The notes below the pieces were generated by a model. It did no database searches and had not been told where the DNA came from. It saw only the letters and a program-made list of their open reading frames with translations. The position numbers and the translations under genes are program-made. 58,677 nt of DNA, taken from positions 1-58,677 of the forward strand of contig CALKWV010000050.1 in the NCBI GenBank assembly GCA_938003915.1, given 5' to 3'. Origin of the DNA: an uncultured Bacillota bacterium. GTDB lineage: Bacteria > Bacillota > Clostridia > Caldicoprobacterales > UBA3941. Within the stretch, counting starts at the first letter, position 1. Every line of letters begins with the position of its first letter. This document shows, one piece after another, positions 40,210 to 50,290 of this stretch.

Positions 40210-41085
40210 TTAAATAAGTCCCAAAACTTCCAGCTCTGACCTTAATGTATCTTTTACCTTTTCATCAGCTTCTACCAAAGGTAGACGCAATCCTCCAACA
40301 TTTATTCCCATAATATTTAAAGCTGCCTTAACAGGTATAGGATTTGTAGTCATAAACAAGGCTTTAAATAAGGGACTTAACATTTGATGAATCTTGGACG
40401 CCTTATCTATATCTCCATTTACAAAAGCATCTATCATCTCTCTCATCTTACGCCCTGCCACATGGGCAGCAACACTTACAACTCCGTATCCACCAGCACT
40501 CAATACTGGGAGAGTAAAGGCATCGTCTCCTGAATAAACTAGAAAATCTTTCTCACATTCTGCAATTATCTTAGTAATTTGATCCATATTCCCACTTGCT
40601 TCTTTTATTGCTACTATATTGGGTATCTTTGATAAGGCTATGGTAGTCTCTGCTTCCATATTGCCACCAGTTCTTGATGGAACGTTATAGGGCATCATAG
40701 GTAAATCTATAGCTTCAGCAACGGCCTTAAAATGCTCATATAGTCCTTTTTGATTAGGTTTATTATAGTAAGGCACTACAACCATTACTCCGTCAACTTT
40801 ACTCTCCATTGCCAATTTCCCGGTCTCTATAGTAGCCCTAGTACAATTAGTACCGATTCCAGCTATAATAGGTGCATTTACTTTATTTTTAAGTATCCTA
40901 AATAACTCGAACTTCTCTTCCGATGTCAACGTAGGAGATTCACCTGTAGTTCCTACTACAACAATAGCTGTACTACCATCATCAATGATTTTCTTTGCCA
41001 GTTCCACGGCCTTATCATAATCAACATTCAAATTTTCATCAAAAGGTGTAACCATGGCAGTAAGCAATCGTCCCCACTCTTTCAT
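40210..41085 (-). CDS. dapA: 4-hydroxy-tetrahydrodipicolinate synthase
   Basis: GTTGE, YNVP and the active-site K in AIKEASG. 291 aa. Confidence 0.92.
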   Translation of the reverse strand: MKEWGRLLTAMVTPFDENLNVDYDKAVELAKKIIDDGSTAIVVVGTTGESPTLTSEEKFELFRILKNKVNAPIIAGIGTNCTRATIETGKLAMESKVDGVMVVVPYYNKPNQKGLYEHFKAVAEAIDLPMMPYNVPSRTGGNMEAETTIALSKIPNIVAIKEASGNMDQITKIIAECEKDFLVYSGDDAFTLPVLSAGGYGVVSVAAHVAGRKMREMIDAFVNGDIDKASKIHQMLSPLFKALFMTTNPIPVKAALNIMGINVGGLRLPLVEADEKVKDTLRSELEVLGLI

Positions 41086-41342
41086 ATCAATAGCCTCCTT
41101 AAAATTAGTGTCTCCAAGATTATTACTATTTTACTATATGTTTATTCCCATGTAAATGGTATAGATTTAACTATACTATTTAACTAAATCTAGTCTCTAT
41201 TTTTGCAACATTCTCAGGCGTCATTTGTATACTAGTAACAAGTAATACTATTAAATATTAATATACTTTTTTATGTATAAAATATCAATGATAAATTTTC
41301 AATTAATTGCAAGAATCGGAGAATTATTTTGCAAAAAATCAT

Positions 41343-41371
41343 TTGACAACCTTATATATCAATGGTATCAT
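41343..41371 (+). promoter_or_regulatory. SigmaA-like promoter for the L-box/asd operon
   Basis: TTGACA, 17-nt spacer, TATCAT. Confidence 0.5.
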
Positions 41372-41408
41372 AAATTGAAAACAAACTAAATAATAATTAG
41401 TATCTTAA

Positions 41409-41582
41409 TGCGGTTAGAGGTGCATCTTTTATGAGTAAGTTTCCGGAGAATGCGGAATTCTGTGAAGGGACCCAAAGGAAAAGATGCCGAAAGGTATAAA
41501 TGTCCGCAATTTATACCTTGGTCCTAGGGTGAACAACTCTAGGATTGTCATCAAATGTTTATTTGATGGAGAGCTAACTGCT
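41409..41582 (+). promoter_or_regulatory. Lysine riboswitch (L-box)
   Basis: P1 GCGGUUAG/CUAACUGC. Conserved AGAGGUGC, GAGUA, GAAGGG, GCCGAAAGG, CUUGGUC, GUCA and GAUGGAGAGCU blocks occur in the canonical order. Confidence 0.85.
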
Positions 41583-41616
41583 TTCGTATACCTTGTTCAT
41601 TTTACAGGTGTGACGA

Positions 41617-41652
41617 AAGCGGCTGGTGAAACATCAGCCGTTATTTTATTTT
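41617..41652 (+). terminator. L-box expression-platform terminator
   Basis: gcggctg-gtgaaacat-cagccgt followed by tattttatttt. The upstream GCUUUCG/CGAAAGC pairing could act as an antiterminator. Confidence 0.65.
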
Positions 41653-41692
41653 GATAAGTAAATAAATCATATAAATCTTAGGGAGGAAAGCC

Positions 41693-42703
41693 ATGAGAAA
41701 ATATAATCTTGCAATAGTTGGAGTCACCGGAATGGTGGGCCGGAAATTTCTGGAAGTGTTGGAGGAAAAACAACTACCTATCGAAAACTACTATATGTTC
41801 GCTTCTGCACGATCTGCTGGTAAAGTCATCAATTTCATGGGTAAAGATCATGTGGTAGAAGAACTTAGCCCTACATGCTTTGATGGTAAGGATATTGATA
41901 TTGCCCTTTTCTCCGCCGGGGCTAGCGTAAGCAAAACCTACGCGCCTATTGCTGCTGAGAAAGGAATAGTAGTTATTGATAACAGCAGTGCATGGAGAAT
42001 GGAACCTGATGTACCTTTAGTAGTTCCTGAGGTAAATCCTGAAGAAATTTTAAACCATAAAGGTATAATAGCCAATCCTAATTGTTCTACCATTCAAGCT
42101 GTAGTAGCTTTAAAACCCTTATATGATAGATATGGTATAAAAAGAATTGTATATTCTACCTATCAAGCTGTTTCAGGGGCAGGAGTAGCAGGATATAATG
42201 ACCTTGAGAATGGAATAAAGGGAGAAGCTCCACAAAAATTCCCTCATCCTATCTTTAGTAATTGTATTCCCCATATTGATTCCTTTTTAGATAATGGATA
42301 TACTAAAGAAGAGATGAAGATGATCGAAGAAACTAAGAAAATCTTAAAGGATAATAGTTTGAGAATTACTGCAACAACTGTTAGGGTGCCTGTATTTAAT
42401 GGGCATAGTGAATCTATTAATGTAGAATTGAAAAAGGAATTTGATTTAGACGAATTGAAAGACCTATTAGCAAATGCTCCCGGTGTTGAAGTAATTGACA
42501 ATCCTGCCAACAATCAATATCCAATGCCCATAAATTGCGACGGCAAAGACCAAGTTTTTGTAGGTAGAATTCGAAGGGATGAAAGCGTAGACAACGGAGT
42601 TAACTTATGGGTTGTTGCGGATAACATTAGAAAAGGAGCTGCCACCAACACTGTCCAAATTGCCGAAAAATTAATCTGGTACTGGCAAAATCAAGCTCTC
42701 TAA
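41693..42703 (+). CDS. asd: Aspartate-semialdehyde dehydrogenase
   Basis: GVTGMVG Rossmann motif, active site NPNCSTI, QAVSGAG. Confidence 0.92.
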   Translation: MRKYNLAIVGVTGMVGRKFLEVLEEKQLPIENYYMFASARSAGKVINFMGKDHVVEELSPTCFDGKDIDIALFSAGASVSKTYAPIAAEKGIVVIDNSSAWRMEPDVPLVVPEVNPEEILNHKGIIANPNCSTIQAVVALKPLYDRYGIKRIVYSTYQAVSGAGVAGYNDLENGIKGEAPQKFPHPIFSNCIPHIDSFLDNGYTKEEMKMIEETKKILKDNSLRITATTVRVPVFNGHSESINVELKKEFDLDELKDLLANAPGVEVIDNPANNQYPMPINCDGKDQVFVGRIRRDESVDNGVNLWVVADNIRKGAATNTVQIAEKLIWYWQNQAL

Positions 42704-42737
42704 TTTTCTCAAATTCACTTAAAGACAGGAGTGTTTC

Positions 42738-43967
42738 TTGCATATGATAAAAATAATTATCCACGGATGCAATGGTAAGATGGGGCAAGTAGTAGCGTCC
42801 ATGGCTATTAAACAGCCTGACATCCAAGTAGTGGCCGGCGTGGATAGGGTTACTGATGCCTGTGACAATCCATTCCCAGTATATCCATCATTGGACCAAT
42901 GTCCTGAGGAGTGTGATGTCATTATCGACTTTTCTCTACCTCAGGCCCTGCCCTCCTTATTGGATGCAGCTGTCAAGCGAAATTGCGCCCTAGTTATCGC
43001 AACTACAGGTTTTAATCAAAAAGAGCAGGAAACAATTGAAGCATACAGCAAAAGGATACCAATTTTACAAGCTGCCAATATGTCTGTAGGTATTAATTTG
43101 ATGTACCAACTTATTCAAAAAGCAGCACAAGTGCTTGGAGATTCCTTTGATATCGAAATTATTGAAAAGCATCATAACCAAAAAATTGATGCTCCCAGTG
43201 GAACTGCCTACGCTTTGGCGGATGCCATAAATGAAGTATTCCTTAATTCAAAAAACTATATATATGGAAGGCATTCCAAGAATGATAGGAGATCACCTTC
43301 TGATATGGGCATCCACGCTATACGAGGGGGTACCATAGTAGGGCAGCATACAGTATTATTTGCCGGAAATGATGAAACTATTGAAATAGAGCATACTGCA
43401 TATTCTAAGCAAATATTTGCCGTAGGAGCCCTTAGGGCTGCACGATATATGGCAAATAGAGCTCCTGGGTTATATAACATGAAAAATGTACTAGATGATA
43501 GAAGTCCCGTTACCAATATTACAACCCAGGACAATATTATTCTAGTATCTATTCGCAATGCACCTGCTAAGCTCAATACCATTGCTAATATATATAGAGA
43601 ATTTGCTGGAGAAAACAATTACTTGGAGTTAATTAGTCAAACTTCTCCTGCAGATAGAATGAGTGATATTGCCTTTGCCCTATCAGCGGATAATCTCCAA
43701 AAAGCAGAAAACTTTTGTAAAGATCTAGCATCAAAGGACAATGGCATCTCCATAAAATTGGACACCAATATTATAAAGATGTCCATTGAAGGATTAGGCT
43801 TAGAGCAACAACCAAGAATAGCTGCCACAGTCTTTGAATTGTTCACCAAGCATAATATACCCATTAAAGCTTCGGTTACATCTAACAAAAAAATCGGTTG
43901 TTTTATCAATAAAATCCATGAAAAACAAGCTATGGATATGTTAATCGATGAATTCGGTTTACAATAA
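42738..43967 (+). CDS. dapB: 4-hydroxy-tetrahydrodipicolinate reductase fused to a C-terminal aspartokinase-type ACT domain pair
   Basis: Residues 1-255 are DapB (GCNGKMG, EKHHNQKIDAPSGTA, IRGGTIVGQHTVLFAG). Residues about 258-409 (DNA 43509-43967) resemble the aspartokinase regulatory ACT repeats (…IIKMSIEGLGLEQQPRIAATVFELFTKHNIPIKASVTSNKKIGCFI…). Confidence 0.85.
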   Translation: MHMIKIIIHGCNGKMGQVVASMAIKQPDIQVVAGVDRVTDACDNPFPVYPSLDQCPEECDVIIDFSLPQALPSLLDAAVKRNCALVIATTGFNQKEQETIEAYSKRIPILQAANMSVGINLMYQLIQKAAQVLGDSFDIEIIEKHHNQKIDAPSGTAYALADAINEVFLNSKNYIYGRHSKNDRRSPSDMGIHAIRGGTIVGQHTVLFAGNDETIEIEHTAYSKQIFAVGALRAARYMANRAPGLYNMKNVLDDRSPVTNITTQDNIILVSIRNAPAKLNTIANIYREFAGENNYLELISQTSPADRMSDIAFALSADNLQKAENFCKDLASKDNGISIKLDTNIIKMSIEGLGLEQQPRIAATVFELFTKHNIPIKASVTSNKKIGCFINKIHEKQAMDMLIDEFGLQ

Positions 43968-43996
43968 CCTTATAGGGAATTAAATAAAAGGAGAAT

Positions 43997-44039
43997 TAAA
44001 AACCACCCGATACCAAAATACAGTATCGGGTGGTTTTTA
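43997..44039. terminator. Bidirectional terminator
   Basis: aaaaaccacccgatac-…-gtatcgggtggttttt. Confidence 0.8.
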
Positions 44040-44063
44040 TTAAAAGGTATAATAAATCCTAAA

Positions 44064-45401
44064 TTAAAGTGCTATCTTAAAGATAAACAATACTGCAAGA
44101 ACATACATTAGAGGTTGAACCTTCTTAGCATTACCGGAGAGAACTTTCAGAATAACCCAGGATAGTATACCAAATACTATTCCTTCAGCAATGCTGCTTG
44201 TAAAAGGCATCATTATAATTGCCAAGAAAGCAGGTAAACCTTCTGTGAAATCATTAAAGTCAATCTTGGTAATGGCAGTTACCATAAACAATCCTACTAC
44301 AACCAAAGCAGGTGCAGTGGCAAAGGAAGGGATTGCCGTAAAGATAGGAGCAAAAATCAGAGCCACAACAAACAATACACCAGTAGTAAGTGCAGTAAGT
44401 CCAGTTCTTCCACCTTCTGCTACTCCTGATGCACTTTCTACGTAGCTGGTAACTGTAGAAGTACCTAAGGAAGCACCTGCAACAGTACCTATAGCGTCTG
44501 CCAATAGCGCTTCTTTTGCTCTAGGTAGTTTTCCGTCCTCATCAAGGAGATTTCCTTTACTTGCCACACCAATAAGAGTTCCTACAGTATCAAATATATC
44601 AACAAACAGGAATGAAAACATAATAACGAAGAATTCAAATCCTAACTTAAATGCTCCAGCAAAATCAAATTTAAAAAATGTAGGAGCTACTGAAGGTGGT
44701 AGAGAAATAAGCTGTAAGGATGGAATAAGGTCAAATCTTCCTGCATCTGGATCAACAGTATATAGTCCAGTCAACTGACATATAATACCTAAAATATAGG
44801 TACCTAAAATACCCCAAAGAAGCGCACCTTTTACTCCCTTATGAGTCATATAAACAATAGCTATTAATCCAATAAGGGATAAAATTACAGTAATATCGGT
44901 TAAGTCTCCAAGCCCTATCATAGTTCCTTCATTTGGTACAACTATACCAGCGTTTTGCAATCCAATAAGGGCAATAAATAGTCCTATTCCCACAGTAATA
45001 GCATATTTTAAGTTTTCAGGCATACCATTAACTATTGCTTCTCTAAATCTAAAAAATGACAAAAGAATAAATATTATACCTTCAATAAGTATAGCAACTA
45101 ATGCAATTTCCCATGAATATTGAGATGCAACAATTGCAAAAAAAGCATTAAGTCCCATCCCTGATGCCAGGGCAACAGGATAGTTAGCCAAAAATGCCAT
45201 GGCAATAGTAGCTATAGCCGCAGATAGAGCCGTTGCAGTGAAAACAGCACCTCTATCCATGCCAGCAGAAGATAAAATGTTTGGATTTACAACTAGGATA
45301 TAAGCCATAGTCATAAATGTTGTAATACCGGCCATGATCTCAGTTCTTACATTGGTGTTGTGTTCTTTTAACTTAAATGTGCGTTCAAAGAAACCATTCA
45401 T
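44064..45401 (-). CDS. NCS2/AzgA-family purine permease (guanine/hypoxanthine PbuG/PbuO-like)
   Basis: The N-terminus MNGFFERTFKLKEHNTNVRTEIMAGITTFMTMAYILVVNP is diagnostic of the AzgA/PbuG family. It is preceded by a guanine riboswitch. Confidence 0.85.
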   Translation of the reverse strand: MNGFFERTFKLKEHNTNVRTEIMAGITTFMTMAYILVVNPNILSSAGMDRGAVFTATALSAAIATIAMAFLANYPVALASGMGLNAFFAIVASQYSWEIALVAILIEGIIFILLSFFRFREAIVNGMPENLKYAITVGIGLFIALIGLQNAGIVVPNEGTMIGLGDLTDITVILSLIGLIAIVYMTHKGVKGALLWGILGTYILGIICQLTGLYTVDPDAGRFDLIPSLQLISLPPSVAPTFFKFDFAGAFKLGFEFFVIMFSFLFVDIFDTVGTLIGVASKGNLLDEDGKLPRAKEALLADAIGTVAGASLGTSTVTSYVESASGVAEGGRTGLTALTTGVLFVVALIFAPIFTAIPSFATAPALVVVGLFMVTAITKIDFNDFTEGLPAFLAIIMMPFTSSIAEGIVFGILSWVILKVLSGNAKKVQPLMYVLAVLFIFKIAL

Positions 45402-45448
45402 TTGTGTTTCCTCCTTTTTTATTGTCAGGTCTAAAAAATTAATAATTT

Positions 45449-45502
45449 AAAAAGAGGCAAAATAGGCAAATAGATTCATGACCTGAGTGAATCTATTTGC
45501 CT
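45449..45502 (-). terminator. Expression-platform terminator of the permease riboswitch
   Basis: aggcaaatagattca/tgaatctatttgcct stem followed by AUUUUGCCUCUUUUU. Confidence 0.7.
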
Positions 45503-45541
45503 ATATTGGAAAGCTTTAAAGCTTCTCAATATAACACAATT

Positions 45542-45612
45542 CACACATAGCCTATGGCAGTTACGGCTGCCTGGTAGAAACTCCCGAACCAATTATCAGG
45601 ATTATATGAGTG
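45542..45612 (-). promoter_or_regulatory. Purine riboswitch, guanine type (C at the specificity position)
   Basis: CACUCAUAUAAUCCUGAUAAUUGGUUCGGGAGUUUCUACCAGGCAGCCGUAACUGCC..GGCUAUGUGUG. P1, the UAUAAU J1/2, GUUUCUAC J2/3 and the CCGUAA L3 are all present. Confidence 0.85.
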
Positions 45613-45629
45613 CTATTTGTTACATTGAT

Positions 45630-45658
45630 AATATATCAAAGGACTACCAAAAAGTCAA
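45630..45658 (-). promoter_or_regulatory. SigmaA-like promoter of the permease transcript
   Basis: TTGACT, 17-nt spacer, TATATT on the minus strand. Confidence 0.5.
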
Positions 45659-45661
45659 TAA

Positions 45662-45705
45662 AAATTTGAACATTTTGCTAAGTTTTTATTGTAATGTTCG
45701 GATTT
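45662..45705. promoter_or_regulatory. PurBox pair (PurR operator)
   Basis: AAATCCGAACATT (complement of 45693-45705) fits the AWWWCCGAACWWT consensus. A weaker inverted partner, AAATTTGAACATT (45662-45674), lies 18 nt away. The pair is just upstream of the -35. Confidence 0.6.
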
Positions 45706-45723
45706 TTTCTTTATTAATATGCT

Positions 45724-46974
45724 CTATTTCCCAATATCTGTCCTAAAGTTCATTCCTTTAAAGCTTATATTATCAATATTAGCGTATATTTTATCTCTTG
45801 CTTCTTCTAAAGAATTTGCCAATGCAGTTACAGATAGCACCCTTCCTCCAGCTGTTAGCAGCTTATCCTTTTTATACTCGGTTCCATTATGAAATAAGAT
45901 TATATCCTTTTCTAGCTTGTCTTTTATACTAATTTCAAAACCCTTTTCAAATTCCCCGGGATAGCCTTCAGATGTTAACACTACAGTCATACAGCTTTGC
46001 TGGCTCCATTTAATATCTGAAGGCTTTAGTGATGAACCTATGGTCTTTTCAAAAAGCTCAACTATATCAGATTCCAGTCTAGGGATAAGGACTTCTGTTT
46101 CCGGATCTCCGAACCTTACATTGAACTCTAAAACTTTAGGGTTACCTTGAACTATCATAAGGCCAACATATAGGATGCCTTTGTAATTTAAGTTTTCCTT
46201 ATTTAACCCATCCTCTATTCTATCAAGCACTTCTTCCTTTATTCTCTTTTCCAAATCTTTGGTAAGCAATGGACTTGGAGAAAAAGCTCCTACTCCCCCC
46301 GTGTTTGGTCCTAGATCTCCATCATATATTTTCTTATAATCCTTAGCACTTTCCATAGGAATTATTCTATTATCCGTTACAAAGCATAGTAGAGACATTT
46401 CAATTCCATCTAAATACTCTTCAATTACCACCCTATTTCCTTGCTCACCAAACTTCTTATCTACTAATATTTCCTCAAGTATCTTTAATGCCTCTTCTTT
46501 TGTGTCTACTATTTCTACACCCTTCCCTGCACATAGGCCATCAGCCTTGATTACCAGCGGATAGGAAAAACTATTTAAATCTTGGCAGGCATCCTTATAA
46601 CTTTCATAGCTCTGATATTTTGCCGTTGGGATATCATATTTTTTCATAAATTCCTTGGCGTAGCTTTTACTGCCTTCCAATCTGGCGCTTTTTTTGTCTG
46701 GTCCAAATATTCTCAGTCCTTTCTCTTGGAACCTGTCGACAATTCCCAGAACTAGTGGTTCCTCAGGACCTACTACAGTTAAATCAATGTTGTTTTTTAG
46801 GGCGAATTCTACCAAAGCATCTATATCGTTTGCTTTTATATCTACATTTTCTGCAACTAGCCTGGTACCTCCATTGCCAGGAGCACAATACACTTTTTCT
46901 ACTTCTTTTGACTGGGAAATCTTCCAGCACAAGGTATGTTCTCTTCCTCCGCTGCCTACGACTAGTACTTTCAC
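45724..46974 (-). CDS. purD: Phosphoribosylamine--glycine ligase
   Basis: Full-length ATP-grasp PurD (MKVLVVGSGGREH…). GTG start. Confidence 0.95.
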   Translation of the reverse strand: MKVLVVGSGGREHTLCWKISQSKEVEKVYCAPGNGGTRLVAENVDIKANDIDALVEFALKNNIDLTVVGPEEPLVLGIVDRFQEKGLRIFGPDKKSARLEGSKSYAKEFMKKYDIPTAKYQSYESYKDACQDLNSFSYPLVIKADGLCAGKGVEIVDTKEEALKILEEILVDKKFGEQGNRVVIEEYLDGIEMSLLCFVTDNRIIPMESAKDYKKIYDGDLGPNTGGVGAFSPSPLLTKDLEKRIKEEVLDRIEDGLNKENLNYKGILYVGLMIVQGNPKVLEFNVRFGDPETEVLIPRLESDIVELFEKTIGSSLKPSDIKWSQQSCMTVVLTSEGYPGEFEKGFEISIKDKLEKDIILFHNGTEYKKDKLLTAGGRVLSVTALANSLEEARDKIYANIDNISFKGMNFRTDIGK

Positions 46975-46986
46975 TCTTAATACCCC

Positions 46987-48513
46987 CTAGTGTTTAAAGT
47001 GCCTAATGCCAGTAAACACCATGGCAATATTGTGCTTATTTGCCTCTTCAATTACTTCTCCATCCCTTATGGAGCCTCCAGGTTGTATTATGGCTGTTAC
47101 ACCCCATTGGCCTAGCAGCTCAATAGAATCTTTAAACGGGAAAAATCCGTCAGAGGCCAAGACGCTTCCCTTTACCTTATCCTTTGCTCTTTCTACTGCA
47201 TTTTGTACTGCCCAGAAGCGGTTTACCTCGCCTCCACCTATGCCAATGGTACCTTTATCCTTAGCAATAACAACCCCATTGGATTTTAGGTGTTTAACAG
47301 CCTTCCAGGCAAAGATCAGATCTTCCATTTCCTCTTCTGTAGGCTTTCTTTCTGTCACCACTTTCATATCATCTAAAAAGTTAATTACGTCCTTGTCCTG
47401 AACTAAAATACCACCAGATATGTTTTTAACTTCCAGACCCTTGTCCTCCTTCTTTATAGCCCCCAGTTCTATAAGCCTTAAGTTTTTCTTTTTAGTTAAA
47501 ATTTCCAAGGCTTCATCTGTGAAGGAAGGCGATATGATTACCTCTAAAAAGATTTTAGCCATTTCCTTGGCAACTTCCCCATCAACTTCCCTGTTCGTTG
47601 CAATTATTCCACCATATATAGATTCTTTATCGCATTCATAGGCTTTTAAATAGGCTTCTAATAGATTTTCTCCGCTTCCTATACCGCAGGGATTTGCATG
47701 TTTTACGGCAACTACAGTGGGCTGGTCAAACTCTCTTACCATATCAATAGCAGCATTACCGTCGTTTATATTATTGAAGGACAATTCCTTTCCATGAAGT
47801 TTTTTCCCAAGGGCAATACTACCTTCAGTTGGATCTGGGCTAACATAGAATGCAGCTTTTTGATGGGGATTTTCACCATATCTTAAATTGTCCTTTAGCT
47901 TATATCCCAGAGTCAAATAAGCGGGGAATTCTACTTCTTCTAGCTCATTAAAATATTTAGATATGAGGGCATCATAATAAGCAGTATAGTTAAAAACTTT
48001 TCTTGCTAGATAAAGGCGGGTCTCTAGGCTAGTATCATTACTTTCTTTAAGCTCCGACAATACTTTGGGATAATCTTCAGGATCTATTATTACTGTTACG
48101 TACTTATAGTTTTTGGCTGCAGCTCTTATCATGGAAGGGCCACCTATATCTATATTTTCTATAATTTCATCATGGCCTTTTCCTTTTAACATTGTTTCTT
48201 CAAAGGGATATAGATTATTAACCACCATATCTATGGAAGATATATTCATATCCTCCAATGTTTTTACATGCTTCTCATCGTCCCTTTTATAAAGAATTCC
48301 TCCGTGGATATAGGGGTTTAAAGTTTTTACCCTTCCATTTAAAATTTCAGGAAAGTCGGTAACCTCTTCAATTTCTACAACATCAATACCGGCATTTTTA
48401 AGCTCTGCAAAAGTACCCCCTGTAGAAATTATTTGCCAGCCTAACTCCACCAATTCCTTTGCAAAATCCACTATTCCTCTCTTATCAAAAACACTAATCA
48501 ATGCTCTTTTCAA
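46987..48513 (-). CDS. purH: Bifunctional AICAR transformylase / IMP cyclohydrolase
   Basis: Start placed at TTG 48513 (AAGGAG 8 nt upstream), giving MKRALISVFDKRG, the usual PurH N-terminus. Confidence 0.95.
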   Translation of the reverse strand: MKRALISVFDKRGIVDFAKELVELGWQIISTGGTFAELKNAGIDVVEIEEVTDFPEILNGRVKTLNPYIHGGILYKRDDEKHVKTLEDMNISSIDMVVNNLYPFEETMLKGKGHDEIIENIDIGGPSMIRAAAKNYKYVTVIIDPEDYPKVLSELKESNDTSLETRLYLARKVFNYTAYYDALISKYFNELEEVEFPAYLTLGYKLKDNLRYGENPHQKAAFYVSPDPTEGSIALGKKLHGKELSFNNINDGNAAIDMVREFDQPTVVAVKHANPCGIGSGENLLEAYLKAYECDKESIYGGIIATNREVDGEVAKEMAKIFLEVIISPSFTDEALEILTKKKNLRLIELGAIKKEDKGLEVKNISGGILVQDKDVINFLDDMKVVTERKPTEEEMEDLIFAWKAVKHLKSNGVVIAKDKGTIGIGGGEVNRFWAVQNAVERAKDKVKGSVLASDGFFPFKDSIELLGQWGVTAIIQPGGSIRDGEVIEEANKHNIAMVFTGIRHFKH

Positions 48514-48518
48514 TGTCC

Positions 48519-49139
48519 TCACTCCTTATTCTTTATTCTTACTAATCTTCCTTTTATAGATAATTTGTTTTCGCAAAATAATTTTATAGCTTGTACTAAT
48601 AACTTGTGTTCTACTTCAAGAACCTTCTTTTTTAAGGTGTCTATGGTATCATTTTCATCAACCCTAACTACCTCTTGGAGTATTATGGGGCCTGTATCAG
48701 TACCTTCATCAACAAAATGGACAGTAGCTCCAGTATATTTAACTCCATATTCAAGTACTGCCCTGTGAACCCTATCTCCGTAATAACCTTTGCCACAAAA
48801 ACTTGGTATTAGGGATGGATGGATGTTTATAATTTTATTTTTGTATTCTTCTATAAATTCCTTTGATAATATCCTTAAATAACCTGCTAATACTACTAAA
48901 TTCACATCTCTCTTCTTTAGCTCGCATAATATTCTTTGATCATAAGCAGCATCATAATCTTTTGGATCTAAAAACATAGATTCAATATTGGCCTTTTGGG
49001 CCCTTATAAGGCCATGGGCATCTTTCCTATTTGATATAACTATCTTTATTCTTCCATTTATAATTCCTTTATCTATCCCATCTATAATAGCTTGTAGATT
49101 AGTCCCATTGCCGGATATAAGCACCCCTATGTTTACCAT
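48519..49139 (-). CDS. purN: Phosphoribosylglycinamide formyltransferase
   Basis: [22 protein letters not shown] and [13 protein letters not shown] motifs. Confidence 0.92.
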   Translation of the reverse strand: MVNIGVLISGNGTNLQAIIDGIDKGIINGRIKIVISNRKDAHGLIRAQKANIESMFLDPKDYDAAYDQRILCELKKRDVNLVVLAGYLRILSKEFIEEYKNKIINIHPSLIPSFCGKGYYGDRVHRAVLEYGVKYTGATVHFVDEGTDTGPIILQEVVRVDENDTIDTLKKKVLEVEHKLLVQAIKLFCENKLSIKGRLVRIKNKE

Positions 49140-50164
49140 GATAGTACTACTCCTTCATTACCCCTTCTTACATCTCCCAGCACATAATATTTTTCATTCT
49201 TATCCTTTAGATGCTGCTCTAAATGTGTCAGCTCTTGCTTATCAACAACCAACACCATTCCAACTCCCATGTTGAAGGTCCCATACATTTCATGAGTTTC
49301 AACCTGCCCCCATTTCTGCAATAAATTAAATATTTCAGGTGTTTGGATTACAGATACATCTATATAGGCAGCTAAACCCTCCGGAAGCATTCTAGGAATG
49401 TTTTCTATAAAGCCTCCTCCTGTTATATGACTAATACCTTTTATATTGACCTTAGCTACTAAGTCTGTTATAACATCTGCATATATTCTGGTAGGCTTAA
49501 GGAGTTCTTCTCCTAGAGTAGTTTTTAGCTCTGGTACATAGGTGTCCACATCCATTTTTTCCTTTTCAAATACAATTTTCCTTACCAGAGAATATCCATT
49601 GCTATGAATTCCACTTGAAGGTAGCCCTATAACAACATCCCCTTCCTTTATATCAGCGCCGGTTATCAAATTCTTTTTGTCAACAACACCTACGCAAAAA
49701 CCTGCTATATCGTATTCTCCATCAGCATAAAAACCAGGCATTTCCGCAGTTTCACCGCCTATTAAGGCGCATCCTGCCTTTATACAGCCATTGGAGACAC
49801 CTTCAACAATCTCCGCCATCTTTTCTGGTTCCAGCTTGCCCGTGGCAATATAATCCAAGAAAAACATGGGTTTTGCTCCTTGGCACAAAATATCATTTAC
49901 ACACATTGCAACACAATCTTCCCCAACGGTATCATGCTTGTCCATCATAAAGGCGATTTTTAGTTTGGTTCCCACTCCATCGGTTCCTGATACCAGAATG
50001 GGCTCTTCATAAGCCTTAATATCCAGCTGAAAAAGTCCTGCAAAGCCTCCAATATCCGACAAAACTCCTGGAGTATGGGTTTTGCTAATAAACTTTTTAA
50101 TTAGCTGAACCTGTTTATAGCCAGCTTCTTTGTCAACCCCCGCGTCCTTGTATGTTAGTGACAT
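49133..50164 (-). CDS. purM: Phosphoribosylformylglycinamidine cyclo-ligase (AIR synthetase)
   Basis: Full-length PurM (YKDAGVD…, [18 protein letters not shown]). Confidence 0.95.
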   Translation of the reverse strand: MSLTYKDAGVDKEAGYKQVQLIKKFISKTHTPGVLSDIGGFAGLFQLDIKAYEEPILVSGTDGVGTKLKIAFMMDKHDTVGEDCVAMCVNDILCQGAKPMFFLDYIATGKLEPEKMAEIVEGVSNGCIKAGCALIGGETAEMPGFYADGEYDIAGFCVGVVDKKNLITGADIKEGDVVIGLPSSGIHSNGYSLVRKIVFEKEKMDVDTYVPELKTTLGEELLKPTRIYADVITDLVAKVNIKGISHITGGGFIENIPRMLPEGLAAYIDVSVIQTPEIFNLLQKWGQVETHEMYGTFNMGVGMVLVVDKQELTHLEQHLKDKNEKYYVLGDVRRGNEGVVLSW

Positions 50165-50290
50165 TTTAACACCTCTCTGTCCTTAATTTCGCATATTTGA
50201 TGATATAGCAGTTATCACTATGGAATATAATATTCTATTGAAATAACTATATATAGGATTTACTAACACAAACACTTGACTAAAATTACA

